The notes under the pieces: model-generated
The model's input: the letters and a program-made list of their open reading frames with translations, nothing else
The model's database searches: none
Told to the model about the DNA's origin: nothing
Translations under genes and position numbers: made by a program
Assembly (NCBI RefSeq): GCF_013122565.1
Contig: NZ_CP053258.1
Origin: Escherichia coli
Lineage (GTDB): Bacteria > Pseudomonadota > Gammaproteobacteria > Enterobacterales > Enterobacteriaceae
DNA: 64,000 nt
Reading direction: 5' to 3' (one strand)
Shown here: one piece after another, positions 33,577-41,473 of the stretch
Layout: the number at the start of each line of letters is the position of its first letter
How positions within the stretch are numbered: position 1 is the first letter of the stretch

Positions 33577-34347
33577 GTGCCTGGTTTGAAGATTACGCTT
33601 TTGCAGCAACCACTGGTGTGGATGGATGGTCCTGCCAACCTGCGCCATTTTGATCGTCAACTGGAAGGTATTACCGGGCGCGATGTGATCGTTCTACCGG
33701 AGATGTTTACCAGCGGCTTTGCCATGGAAGCGGCAGCTTCGTCGCTAGCACAAGATGACGTAGTGAACTGGATGACAGCTAAGGCGCAGCAGTGCAATGC
33801 GCTGATTGCAGGCAGTGTTGCATTACAAACGGAGTCTGGTTCGGTTAACCGCTTTTTGCTGGTTGAGCCGGGCGGCACGGTACATTTTTATGATAAGCGT
33901 CATCTGTTCCGCATGGCAGATGAGCATCTACATTATAAAGCGGGCAATGCGCGAGTGATTGTGGAATGGCGCGGCTGGCGTATTTTGCCGTTGGTGTGCT
34001 ACGACTTACGTTTTCCGGTGTGGTCGCGCAATCTCAACGATTATGACCTCGCCATCTACGTTGCCAACTGGCCTGCTCCGCGCTCTCTGCACTGGCAGGC
34101 CTTGCTGACAGCCCGCGCGATTGAGAATCAGGCGTATGTGGCGGGATGCAATCGCGTCGGCAGCGATGGCAACGGCTGCCATTATCGCGGTGACAGCCGG
34201 GTGATTAACCCGCAGGGCGAGATTATCGCTACTGCCGACGCGCATCAGGCAACACGCATTGATGCGGAGCTGTCGATGGTGGCATTGCGGGAATATAGAG
34301 AAAAGTTTCCGGCATGGCGGGATGCGGATGAGTTTAGGTTGTGGTGA
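33577..34347 (+). CDS. yafV: Carbon-nitrogen hydrolase (omega-amidase, nitrilase superfamily) YafV, GTG start
   Basis: 256 aa; E-K-C catalytic triad context (LPEMF..., HYDKRHLF, VCYDLRFP); AAGGAG RBS 9 nt upstream of GTG. Confidence 0.9.
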   Translation: MPGLKITLLQQPLVWMDGPANLRHFDRQLEGITGRDVIVLPEMFTSGFAMEAAASSLAQDDVVNWMTAKAQQCNALIAGSVALQTESGSVNRFLLVEPGGTVHFYDKRHLFRMADEHLHYKAGNARVIVEWRGWRILPLVCYDLRFPVWSRNLNDYDLAIYVANWPAPRSLHWQALLTARAIENQAYVAGCNRVGSDGNGCHYRGDSRVINPQGEIIATADAHQATRIDAELSMVALREYREKFPAWRDADEFRLW

Positions 34348-34449
34348 GTGGGTGTTGTGTTTAAGGCCGGGGAAGACTACGAAAGCCCCTAACTTAAACA
34401 CAATATTACGCCAGAAGTCACCATTTCCAAAACACAGCGCCGCTGTACC

Positions 34450-34683
34450 GTGGGTTATCTGCCCAACCGCAGCGACACGCCGGTGATCAAAATCAGCGCC
34501 AAATGGCTGAGAGAAGCGGGATTTGCGATCGGCACGGGCGTTACCGTGAGGATCTCGGAAGGCTGCCTGATCCTGCTTGCGGATAACAACGAAGTACAGG
34601 AACTGCGCAGGGAACTTTATCAGGTTAAACAGTCAGTTAAGGGGATGCGTGACGGGATGTTTAGTGTGCTGAACGAGAGTTAA
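34450..34683 (+). CDS. SymE-like (AbrB/SpoVT-fold) toxin-family protein, short form (77 aa, GTG start); possibly an N-terminally shortened remnant
   Basis: PVIKISAKWLREAGFAIGTGVTVRISEGCLILLADN resembles the core of K-12 SymE ([34 protein letters not shown], from memory); followed by an imperfect hairpin at 34690-34725. Confidence 0.5.
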   Translation: MGYLPNRSDTPVIKISAKWLREAGFAIGTGVTVRISEGCLILLADNNEVQELRRELYQVKQSVKGMRDGMFSVLNES

Positions 34684-34729
34684 ATAATAAAAAGCCGGGA
34701 AGATTTTATTTCCTACCCGGCTTTTAACA

Positions 34730-35179
34730 TTAATGCTTCAAGGGGAATGACTTCATCAGTAATTCTTCTAAAGAAGAATATAAAAATTCCATTTCATAAG
34801 AGTCATGCAGAAAAACAAATATCTTACCATCTGTATTCATAAGAATAGGGTTTCCGCAGCCATCATCTGAAATAGCATAAAATGAATTCAATATATTTTT
34901 ATCAAGATCTTTATATATTTCCCTAAACTTCAGAGTAAGATCAACTACAGAAGCCTTTCCTACTAAGGAACCATTTTTAAAGGCATGTATAGCTATGCCA
35001 CCAAAGGCCCCACCAAATTTCTTAATAAACTCAATATATTGTATATTGAATTTAATATTTAATATTTTTTCAGCCTGAATGATCTCCTCATCAGAAGCTG
35101 GTATACCATATAGGACCATATCTTGGTCAGATGTTATCTCATCTCTGACTCTTGCTAGCAATTCTTCATTCATACGCAA
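34730..35179 (-). CDS. Predicted immunity protein for orphan toxin 4 (SMI1/KNR4, SUKH-like)
   Basis: 149 aa, AT-rich, directly downstream of an rhs C-terminal toxin module; IQYIEFIKKFGGAFGG motif typical of SUKH immunity proteins. Confidence 0.6.
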   Translation of the reverse strand: MRMNEELLARVRDEITSDQDMVLYGIPASDEEIIQAEKILNIKFNIQYIEFIKKFGGAFGGIAIHAFKNGSLVGKASVVDLTLKFREIYKDLDKNILNSFYAISDDGCGNPILMNTDGKIFVFLHDSYEMEFLYSSLEELLMKSFPLKH

Positions 35180-36297
35180 CCGCCCCCTCTATTGCTTAAA
35201 ACTTTTTCAGCTTGTGATTTCCAGAATTCTTTTTTCCACAGGTTAAATTCTTGACGATTATTTATACCTGAACCTTTTTTATTTCCATTTGGGTGCTGAC
35301 CAGCGTTATTTGTACTTGAACCATGATGTTTATCTGGCATAGCAGTAATTGGCCCTTGTGATTGCTGCCTGTCATGGTGCAATACTATTACATTCCCTTG
35401 CCTATCGCTCGGAGATAAACCAAATGGATGAGGAGCATCATCACTGTTCATAAAAATAATTCTATTAAGCTCGGAATCACTTAAGTGACTTAAATCCGTG
35501 TAACCTGATACATCTAAAGTTAATCCTCTGCTATCAGTAAAAGTAACAGTTAAACCCAGAGGATCGATCCAACTTATTGGATTAGGCGCATATTGGTATA
35601 AGTTTATCCCACCCGCCAGCCCTATCGGGTCCTGACTGATAAACCTCCCGCACTCCGGCGCATAATACCTGAACAGATTGTAATGCAGTCCCGTCTCTTC
35701 ATCATAATACTGCCCCGGCAGCCGCAGCGGTTGCTCAAAGTACGCCCCGCTGTTGCTGATGTCGCCCCGGTTTTCACCAAATCCCGCCTGATAGCCCGCC
35801 CACACCAGCGTCCCGTCCGCCGCGGTCACCTCCTGTACCGTGCCCGTCAGGTCCGTGTGGTAATACCAGATTTTTTGACTCTCTCCGCGCCCGGTGATGG
35901 CGGCCACCGGCGTGTACGGCTGTTCCGCGTCGTACAGGTATGTCCGCTTTCCCTGCCACGTTGTCTCCTGCAACAGCCGGAACCCTTCCCACACAAACGT
36001 TGTCCGGCTTCGTTCTCCCCGGTCGGTATGGAGATTGCTGGTCGCCTTGCTGATGCGCCTGCCCAGCGCATCATACTGATACCGCGTCTCGCTGTTGCTG
36101 CTGATGACCCGCGTTAACTGACCCTGCGCGTTCCACTCCAGCTGTTGGTCCCTGCGCTCTGTCAGTTCGCCCCATTCGTTATAGCGGTAACGGTCACGCC
36201 CGTAGCCCGGCAGGCGGTTATCCGGCACCGCTCCCTGATGCTCATCCGTCAGCAGGTTGCCCGCTTTGTCGTAATAATAATGGTCATGGTCGTACAT
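35170..36297 (-). CDS. Orphan rhs C-terminal toxin module 4: 5'-truncated Rhs core (to DPLGL) plus LHH/HNH-like nuclease-type tip
   Basis: Rhs core homology from about 36345 down to the DPxGL motif, then a divergent ~125-aa tip containing VIVLHHDRQ...KHHG...N...H (HNH/LHH-like). Confidence 0.65.
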   Translation of the reverse strand: MYDHDHYYYDKAGNLLTDEHQGAVPDNRLPGYGRDRYRYNEWGELTERRDQQLEWNAQGQLTRVISSNSETRYQYDALGRRISKATSNLHTDRGERSRTTFVWEGFRLLQETTWQGKRTYLYDAEQPYTPVAAITGRGESQKIWYYHTDLTGTVQEVTAADGTLVWAGYQAGFGENRGDISNSGAYFEQPLRLPGQYYDEETGLHYNLFRYYAPECGRFISQDPIGLAGGINLYQYAPNPISWIDPLGLTVTFTDSRGLTLDVSGYTDLSHLSDSELNRIIFMNSDDAPHPFGLSPSDRQGNVIVLHHDRQQSQGPITAMPDKHHGSSTNNAGQHPNGNKKGSGINNRQEFNLWKKEFWKSQAEKVLSNRGGGCV

Positions 36298-36376
36298 CTG
36301 CCCCGTGCGACTGGTCAGCCAGCCGCTGCGATCATACGCAAAATGCCCCCATCCGCATGCAAGCAGTATTTATCCT

Positions 36377-36682
36377 TTAGGAAAAGAGATTTATAGCTTT
36401 CTCTTGAAGTTCTATACCTATATCCTCAAGTTTGATCAGCTCGTCCTTACTGTACATTCCCTCCCGAAAAGAAAACATTCCATATACATCCATTAGTGCC
36501 AATCCTAAAACTTTTGGAACCATAATTTCATCAGCATATATTTCCGCCAAAAAATCCAGCGCCTTATATAATTCTTCAATTTCATTATCAAAAAAATCTT
36601 TCTTGAGTCTTAATCTAACAGGTATTGAATCATCTCCTAATAATTTATCGACCACTATTTTCAATGCAATCTCTTTATCCAT
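36377..36682 (-). CDS. Predicted immunity protein for orphan toxin 3
   Basis: 101 aa, AT-rich, immediately downstream of orphan module 3. Confidence 0.55.
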   Translation of the reverse strand: MDKEIALKIVVDKLLGDDSIPVRLRLKKDFFDNEIEELYKALDFLAEIYADEIMVPKVLGLALMDVYGMFSFREGMYSKDELIKLEDIGIELQEKAINLFS

Positions 36683-36698
36683 ATATCATTTCCTGTCT

Positions 36699-38315
36699 TT
36701 AACAAGATCTAATAGCATTTGATGGGACATGGCCTTCCACAAGTACTTCTCCAGAACTAACTGCATAGTTACGGGCTGGTCCTTTTAATCCAGCATCCGT
36801 TGCTTTCTCTACCGTGGATAAGTCAATAATATTCCGATTACCTTTAACATCAGGAATAACATCGTCAGTATCAAATGTAACTGTAGTTTGGCCTGGTTCA
36901 CGGTATCGTACTGCTACATATTCATTTACGGTAGTTGAAATGAATTGTGAGCCTTTAAACGAATCATTACTACCATTTCTAACATGACCAGCAGCGCTCA
37001 TTCCTCGCCCCGGGTTCTTTGCAGATAGCCCCTCACTAATAGATTCATCCGCACGAATATTTCGAAATACCTTGATTAAGCCAAGAGGATCAATCCAGCT
37101 AATCGGATTCGGCGCATACCTGTAAAGATTCAGACCGCCACGGATCGAAATCGGATCCTGACTGATAAACCTCCCGCACTCCGGCGCATAATACCTGAAC
37201 AGATTGTAATGCAGCCCCGTCTCTTCATCATAATACTGCCCCGGCAGCCGCAGTGGTTGCTCAAAGTACGCCCCGCTGTTGCTGATGTCGCCCCGGTTTT
37301 CGCCAAATCCCGCCTGGTAGCCCGCCCACACCAGCGTCCCGTCCGGCGCGGTCACCTCCTGTACCGTGCCCGTCAGGTCCGTGTGGTAATACCAGATTTT
37401 TTGACTCTCTCCGCGCCCCGTGATGGCTGCCACCGGCGTGTACGGCTGTTCCGCGTCGTACAGGTATGTCCGCTTCCCCTGCCACGTTGTCTCCTGTAAC
37501 AGCCGGAACCCTTCCCACACAAACGTCGTCTGCCGCTGTTCCCTCTGGTCCGTATGGCGGCCATATGTCGCCTTGCTGATGCGCCTGCCCAGCGCATCAT
37601 ACTGATACCGCGTCTCGCTGTTGCTGCTGATGACCCGCGTTAACTGGCCCTGCGCGTTCCACTCCAGTTGCTGGTCCCTGCGCTCTGTCAGTTCGCCCCA
37701 TTCGTTATAGCGGTAGCGGTCACGCCCGTAGCCCGGCAGGCGGTTATCCGGCACCGCTCCCTGATGCTCATCCGTCAGCAGATTGCCCGCTTTGTCGTAA
37801 TAATAATGGTCATGGTCGTACATCTGACCCGTGCGACTGGTCAGCCAGCCGCTGCGGTCATAGCTGAACACCAGGCAACCGCGCAGTTTGTCATTGATGC
37901 CGCCGACTTCACCGTCTGCGTTCCAGATATAATCCCGCGCTGTCACGCTGTCTTTCTGCGCCGGGGGGTTACCGGCCTGCTGCGGATTCTGGCTGCCGCC
38001 TGGCAGGCTGCGCTGCCAGCTTAACCGGTTATCGGCGTTGTAGCCGCTGAACGTCGCCAGTTTCCCCTGGGTGCGCATCACCTGACGGTGCAGGCTGTCA
38101 CGCTCATATTCACTGACCGTGATACCGTCCAGTGCCGTCTGGAGCAGATGCCCGCTGCCGTAGTAAAGATGGCTGAGATGCTGCCCGTCCGGCAGGGTAA
38201 TGCCGGTGGGATTGCCCAGCGCGTCACGCTGATATTTTATGCTGCCGTGCACGCTGTGCTCTGCCGTCAGCCAGCCGCTGCGGTCATACGCAAAACGCAC
38301 CGTGTCCGCCTGCAA
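36699..38315 (-). CDS. Orphan rhs C-terminal toxin module 3: 5'-truncated Rhs core plus unique ~125-aa tip (possible ADP-ribosyltransferase-like R/STT motifs)
   Basis: Starts inside the rhs core ([17 protein letters not shown]...), ends DPLGL + IKVFRNIRADESISEGL...GSQFISTTVNEY.... Confidence 0.65.
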   Translation of the reverse strand: MQADTVRFAYDRSGWLTAEHSVHGSIKYQRDALGNPTGITLPDGQHLSHLYYGSGHLLQTALDGITVSEYERDSLHRQVMRTQGKLATFSGYNADNRLSWQRSLPGGSQNPQQAGNPPAQKDSVTARDYIWNADGEVGGINDKLRGCLVFSYDRSGWLTSRTGQMYDHDHYYYDKAGNLLTDEHQGAVPDNRLPGYGRDRYRYNEWGELTERRDQQLEWNAQGQLTRVISSNSETRYQYDALGRRISKATYGRHTDQREQRQTTFVWEGFRLLQETTWQGKRTYLYDAEQPYTPVAAITGRGESQKIWYYHTDLTGTVQEVTAPDGTLVWAGYQAGFGENRGDISNSGAYFEQPLRLPGQYYDEETGLHYNLFRYYAPECGRFISQDPISIRGGLNLYRYAPNPISWIDPLGLIKVFRNIRADESISEGLSAKNPGRGMSAAGHVRNGSNDSFKGSQFISTTVNEYVAVRYREPGQTTVTFDTDDVIPDVKGNRNIIDLSTVEKATDAGLKGPARNYAVSSGEVLVEGHVPSNAIRSC

Positions 38316-38488
38316 CTAGCTGTTCAGATGGTGAATTTAACTACACCTTCTGGTTATCACCGTATTCAAGTGCCGCGATGCAACTACTGGGAAACTACAC
38401 TCATTCTCTTATTATTTTTAGAAATTTTCATCTATTAAATAATACACATGACCGATATTATTTAACCCTGCTGGGTATAACTGAAAAA

Positions 38489-39340
38489 TTATTTATTTTT
38501 AATTAAATTCATTAAATCCCAAACATTGCTATCATAATGATTGAAACCTTGAATCACAAGATAAGACAATGCTTTCATATCCAACAAAAATCTGATTTTC
38601 CCGTCTATAATTTTTGTATTTTCCGTTATAAACAATCGTTCCAATTTAACAAGATTACTTATTTTAGCTACGCTTGGAATATCACCCATTTTTGAAAAAG
38701 ATATTTTTTTAATTGAAGGTAATTTACTTACATCTTCAATGATTGACACTGCCATTTTTTTGCATAAAGATAAAGACACTTCTTCTATATTTTTCAAACC
38801 ATCTAAAAAAGTCGTGTCCGAAGCCTTAGATAATCCAGATAACTTGATGCTCCTTAAAGTCTTGATAGATGATAAATTAGGGATTGTTTGAATATTGCTA
38901 TTTTTTATCTCTAATGATTGCAAGAATGATCTCCCCGCAACATGCTCTTTTTTTTCTTTAAAATCTATCAATGTTATTTTTTCCAGAGTTCTGTGATTAA
39001 ACAAATTATCAATTCCATTTCGACCTATTAATACAGCCTCTTTTAAAAATGGGAAATATGATAAATCAAGTCTCATTTTATCATCATTCAAAAGATGGAT
39101 GAGTTGTATTTTTTTCAACGAATACAGTTGTGATATATCCTTTATTTTATTGCCTGTGATATATATTTCATTAATGAAATTAATTTCATCAAGAAATGAT
39201 AAATCAGTTATAAGCGGTGACAAAACCAACCCGTTAACTTTCTTTTCCTTCATCGTGTCAACAATATGACTTGTATCGTCATGCTTTTCATACACAAGGA
39301 CACGACTTCCCCGTACACCATAATTTTCCACTAGTCTCAT
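38489..39340 (-). CDS. Leucine-rich-repeat protein (283 aa), positioned as the immunity gene of orphan toxin 2
   Basis: AT-rich; repeated L..L..L.L..N.I LRR-like units (LSFLDEINFINEIYITGNKIKDISQLYSLKKIQLIHLLND..., IQTIPNLSSIKTLRSIKLSGL); 20 bp downstream of orphan module 2. Confidence 0.55.
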   Translation of the reverse strand: MRLVENYGVRGSRVLVYEKHDDTSHIVDTMKEKKVNGLVLSPLITDLSFLDEINFINEIYITGNKIKDISQLYSLKKIQLIHLLNDDKMRLDLSYFPFLKEAVLIGRNGIDNLFNHRTLEKITLIDFKEKKEHVAGRSFLQSLEIKNSNIQTIPNLSSIKTLRSIKLSGLSKASDTTFLDGLKNIEEVSLSLCKKMAVSIIEDVSKLPSIKKISFSKMGDIPSVAKISNLVKLERLFITENTKIIDGKIRFLLDMKALSYLVIQGFNHYDSNVWDLMNLIKNK

Positions 39341-39359
39341 ATATTTCCCCTTAAATAAA

Positions 39360-40820
39360 TCAACACTCCCCCTTCACTCTAAAATCTTGATCTGAAACAT
39401 TTCCTGTATTTGGTGGTCGTTTTTCATTACTGGTTACTCCTCTTCCTCCATTTTTAGCTATTTTCATTGCCTCTAAATTATTTAGCCATTGTTTACTAAT
39501 TCCAGCATATTTATCAAAATTCAACGAATCCAACATTGCCTGAGTTAACTTTCCACTTCGGGCATGTTGCAACATTCTCTGATATAGATTTTTTGTTTGA
39601 CCTGCATACATTTTACCCGCACCTTCATCAAAAAACTCATAAATTGCTTGCCCTTTATATTTTGCAGTAACATCTCTTATTTGTTCTAAAAAATCACTAG
39701 CGAGTCTTACTAATCCCCAAGGATCAATCCACCTCAGCGGATTCGGCGCATACCTGTAAAGATTCAGCCCACCCCGGATCGAAATCGGGTCCTGGCTTAT
39801 GAACCTTCCGCACTCCGGCGCATAATACCTGAACAGATTGTAATGCAGCCCCGTCTCTTCATCATAATACTGCCCCGGCAGCCGCAGCGGTTGCTCAAAG
39901 TACGCCCCGCTGTTGCTGATGTCGCCCCGATTTTCTCCAAATCCCGCCTGGTAGCCCGCCCACACCAGCCTCCCGTCCGGCGCGGTCACCTCCTGTACCG
40001 TGCCCGTCAGGTCCGTGTGGTAATACCAGATTTTTTGACTCTCTCCGCGCCCGGTGATGGCCGCCACTGGCGTGTACGGCTGTTCCGCGTCGTACAGGTA
40101 TGTCCGCTTTCCCTGCCACGTTGTCTCCTGCAACAGCCGGAACCCTTCCCACACAAACGTCGTCCGCCGCTGTTCCCTCTGGACCGTATGGCGGCCATAT
40201 GTCGCCTTGCTGATGCGCCTGCCCAGCGCATCATACTGATACCGCGTCTCGCTGTTGCTGCTGATGACCCGCGTTAACTGGCCCTGCGCGTTCCACTCCA
40301 GTTGCTGGTCCCTGCGCTCTGTCAGTTCGCCCCATTCGTTATAGCGGTAACGGTCACGCCCGTAGCCCGGCAGGCGGTTATCCATCACCGCGCTCTGATA
40401 CTCGTCCGTCAGCAGATTGCCCGCTTTGTCGTAATAATAATGGTCATGGTCGTACATCTGCCCCGTGCGGCTGGTCAGCCAGCCGCTGCGGTCATACGCA
40501 AAGCGCACCGTGTCCGCCTGCATGTGGTGCAGCCGTTCCCCTTCTTTCGTCGGGGTGAGCGTCACTTCCGTTATCTGGTCAAGACGGTTGTAGCTGAAGG
40601 TCCGTGTACTGTGCTGCGTGTCACTGCGCAACAGGCGGCCCAGCGCATCACGCTCCTGCCGCTCATTACGCCCCCCGCCTTCTGTACCCTGCGTCTGGAT
40701 GATGACCGGATACCCGCCCGCATTCAGCGCCAAATGGCTGAGAGAAGCGGGATTTGAGATCGGCACGGGCGTTACCGTGAAGATCTCGGAGGGATGTCTG
40801 ATCCTGCTTGCGGATAACAA
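39360..40820 (-). CDS. Orphan rhs C-terminal toxin module 2: 5'-truncated Rhs core with an internal deletion, plus GIY-YIG nuclease-like tip
   Basis: Core homology starts at ...[14 protein letters not shown] (40727); lacks ~130 codons between the two YDRSGWLT repeats; after DPWGL the tip reads AIYEFFDEGAGKMYAGQTKNLYQRMLQH (GIY...YIG...R...H pattern). Confidence 0.65.
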   Translation of the reverse strand: MLSASRIRHPSEIFTVTPVPISNPASLSHLALNAGGYPVIIQTQGTEGGGRNERQERDALGRLLRSDTQHSTRTFSYNRLDQITEVTLTPTKEGERLHHMQADTVRFAYDRSGWLTSRTGQMYDHDHYYYDKAGNLLTDEYQSAVMDNRLPGYGRDRYRYNEWGELTERRDQQLEWNAQGQLTRVISSNSETRYQYDALGRRISKATYGRHTVQREQRRTTFVWEGFRLLQETTWQGKRTYLYDAEQPYTPVAAITGRGESQKIWYYHTDLTGTVQEVTAPDGRLVWAGYQAGFGENRGDISNSGAYFEQPLRLPGQYYDEETGLHYNLFRYYAPECGRFISQDPISIRGGLNLYRYAPNPLRWIDPWGLVRLASDFLEQIRDVTAKYKGQAIYEFFDEGAGKMYAGQTKNLYQRMLQHARSGKLTQAMLDSLNFDKYAGISKQWLNNLEAMKIAKNGGRGVTSNEKRPPNTGNVSDQDFRVKGEC

Positions 40821-40914
40821 CGAAGTACAGGAACTGCGCAGGGAGCTTTATCAGGTTAAACAGGCAGTTAAGGGGATGCGGGACGGGATGTTTAGTGTGC
40901 TGAACGAAAGTTAA
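40728..40914 (+). pseudogene. SymE-like gene, 5'-truncated copy (3' ~190 bp plus hairpin duplicated from 34497-34725)
   Basis: ...SAKWLREAGFEIGTGVTVKISEGCLILLADNNEVQELRRELYQVKQAVKGMRDGMFSVLNES nearly identical to the 34450 copy; upstream part of the track ORF is antisense rhs sequence; perfect hairpin at 40923-40955. Confidence 0.55.
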
Positions 40915-40975
40915 ATAATAAAAAAGCCGGGAAGGTAAATAAGCTTCCCGGCTTTCCACAACAATTTTAACTTAA

Positions 40976-41464
40976 TTAATCATAAGCATCGCCGTAATTT
41001 TCATATTTCCAATAAATATATTTACCACCTGAGCTATATAATTTATGCAATAATTCTGTAAAAGTCATTGCAATAATTGGACAACTACCTACAACGCCAT
41101 GTATCTCATAATTGCTATCATAACAGCGTCCATTTCTTTCTGTAGAAAAATCAATGGATAAATAATCATTATTATCGGTCCTGCAAATTAAGTACCATGA
41201 AGATGATATATCATCCTCACATGGCTCACCAACTATAAATTTATTTGCCTGTAATATTTCATTATTTTTCAAAATAGTGAAGGAGATTTCCTGCTCTTCA
41301 GAGCAAAACAATTTTATTCCATTACATATTTTGTAAAAACGAACAACATCATCAGGATATTTTAAATAATCAGATGGTAATAAAGGCAAATTACCATCTG
41401 GTGGAATAACTTCACATCTGTTATCATTTTTTATCAAGTCAAGTAATTCATCAATGCCATTCAT
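40976..41464 (-). CDS. Predicted immunity protein for orphan toxin 1
   Basis: 162 aa, AT-rich, immediately downstream of orphan module 1. Confidence 0.55.
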   Translation of the reverse strand: MNGIDELLDLIKNDNRCEVIPPDGNLPLLPSDYLKYPDDVVRFYKICNGIKLFCSEEQEISFTILKNNEILQANKFIVGEPCEDDISSSWYLICRTDNNDYLSIDFSTERNGRCYDSNYEIHGVVGSCPIIAMTFTELLHKLYSSGGKYIYWKYENYGDAYD

Positions 41465-41473
41465 ATTACCACC

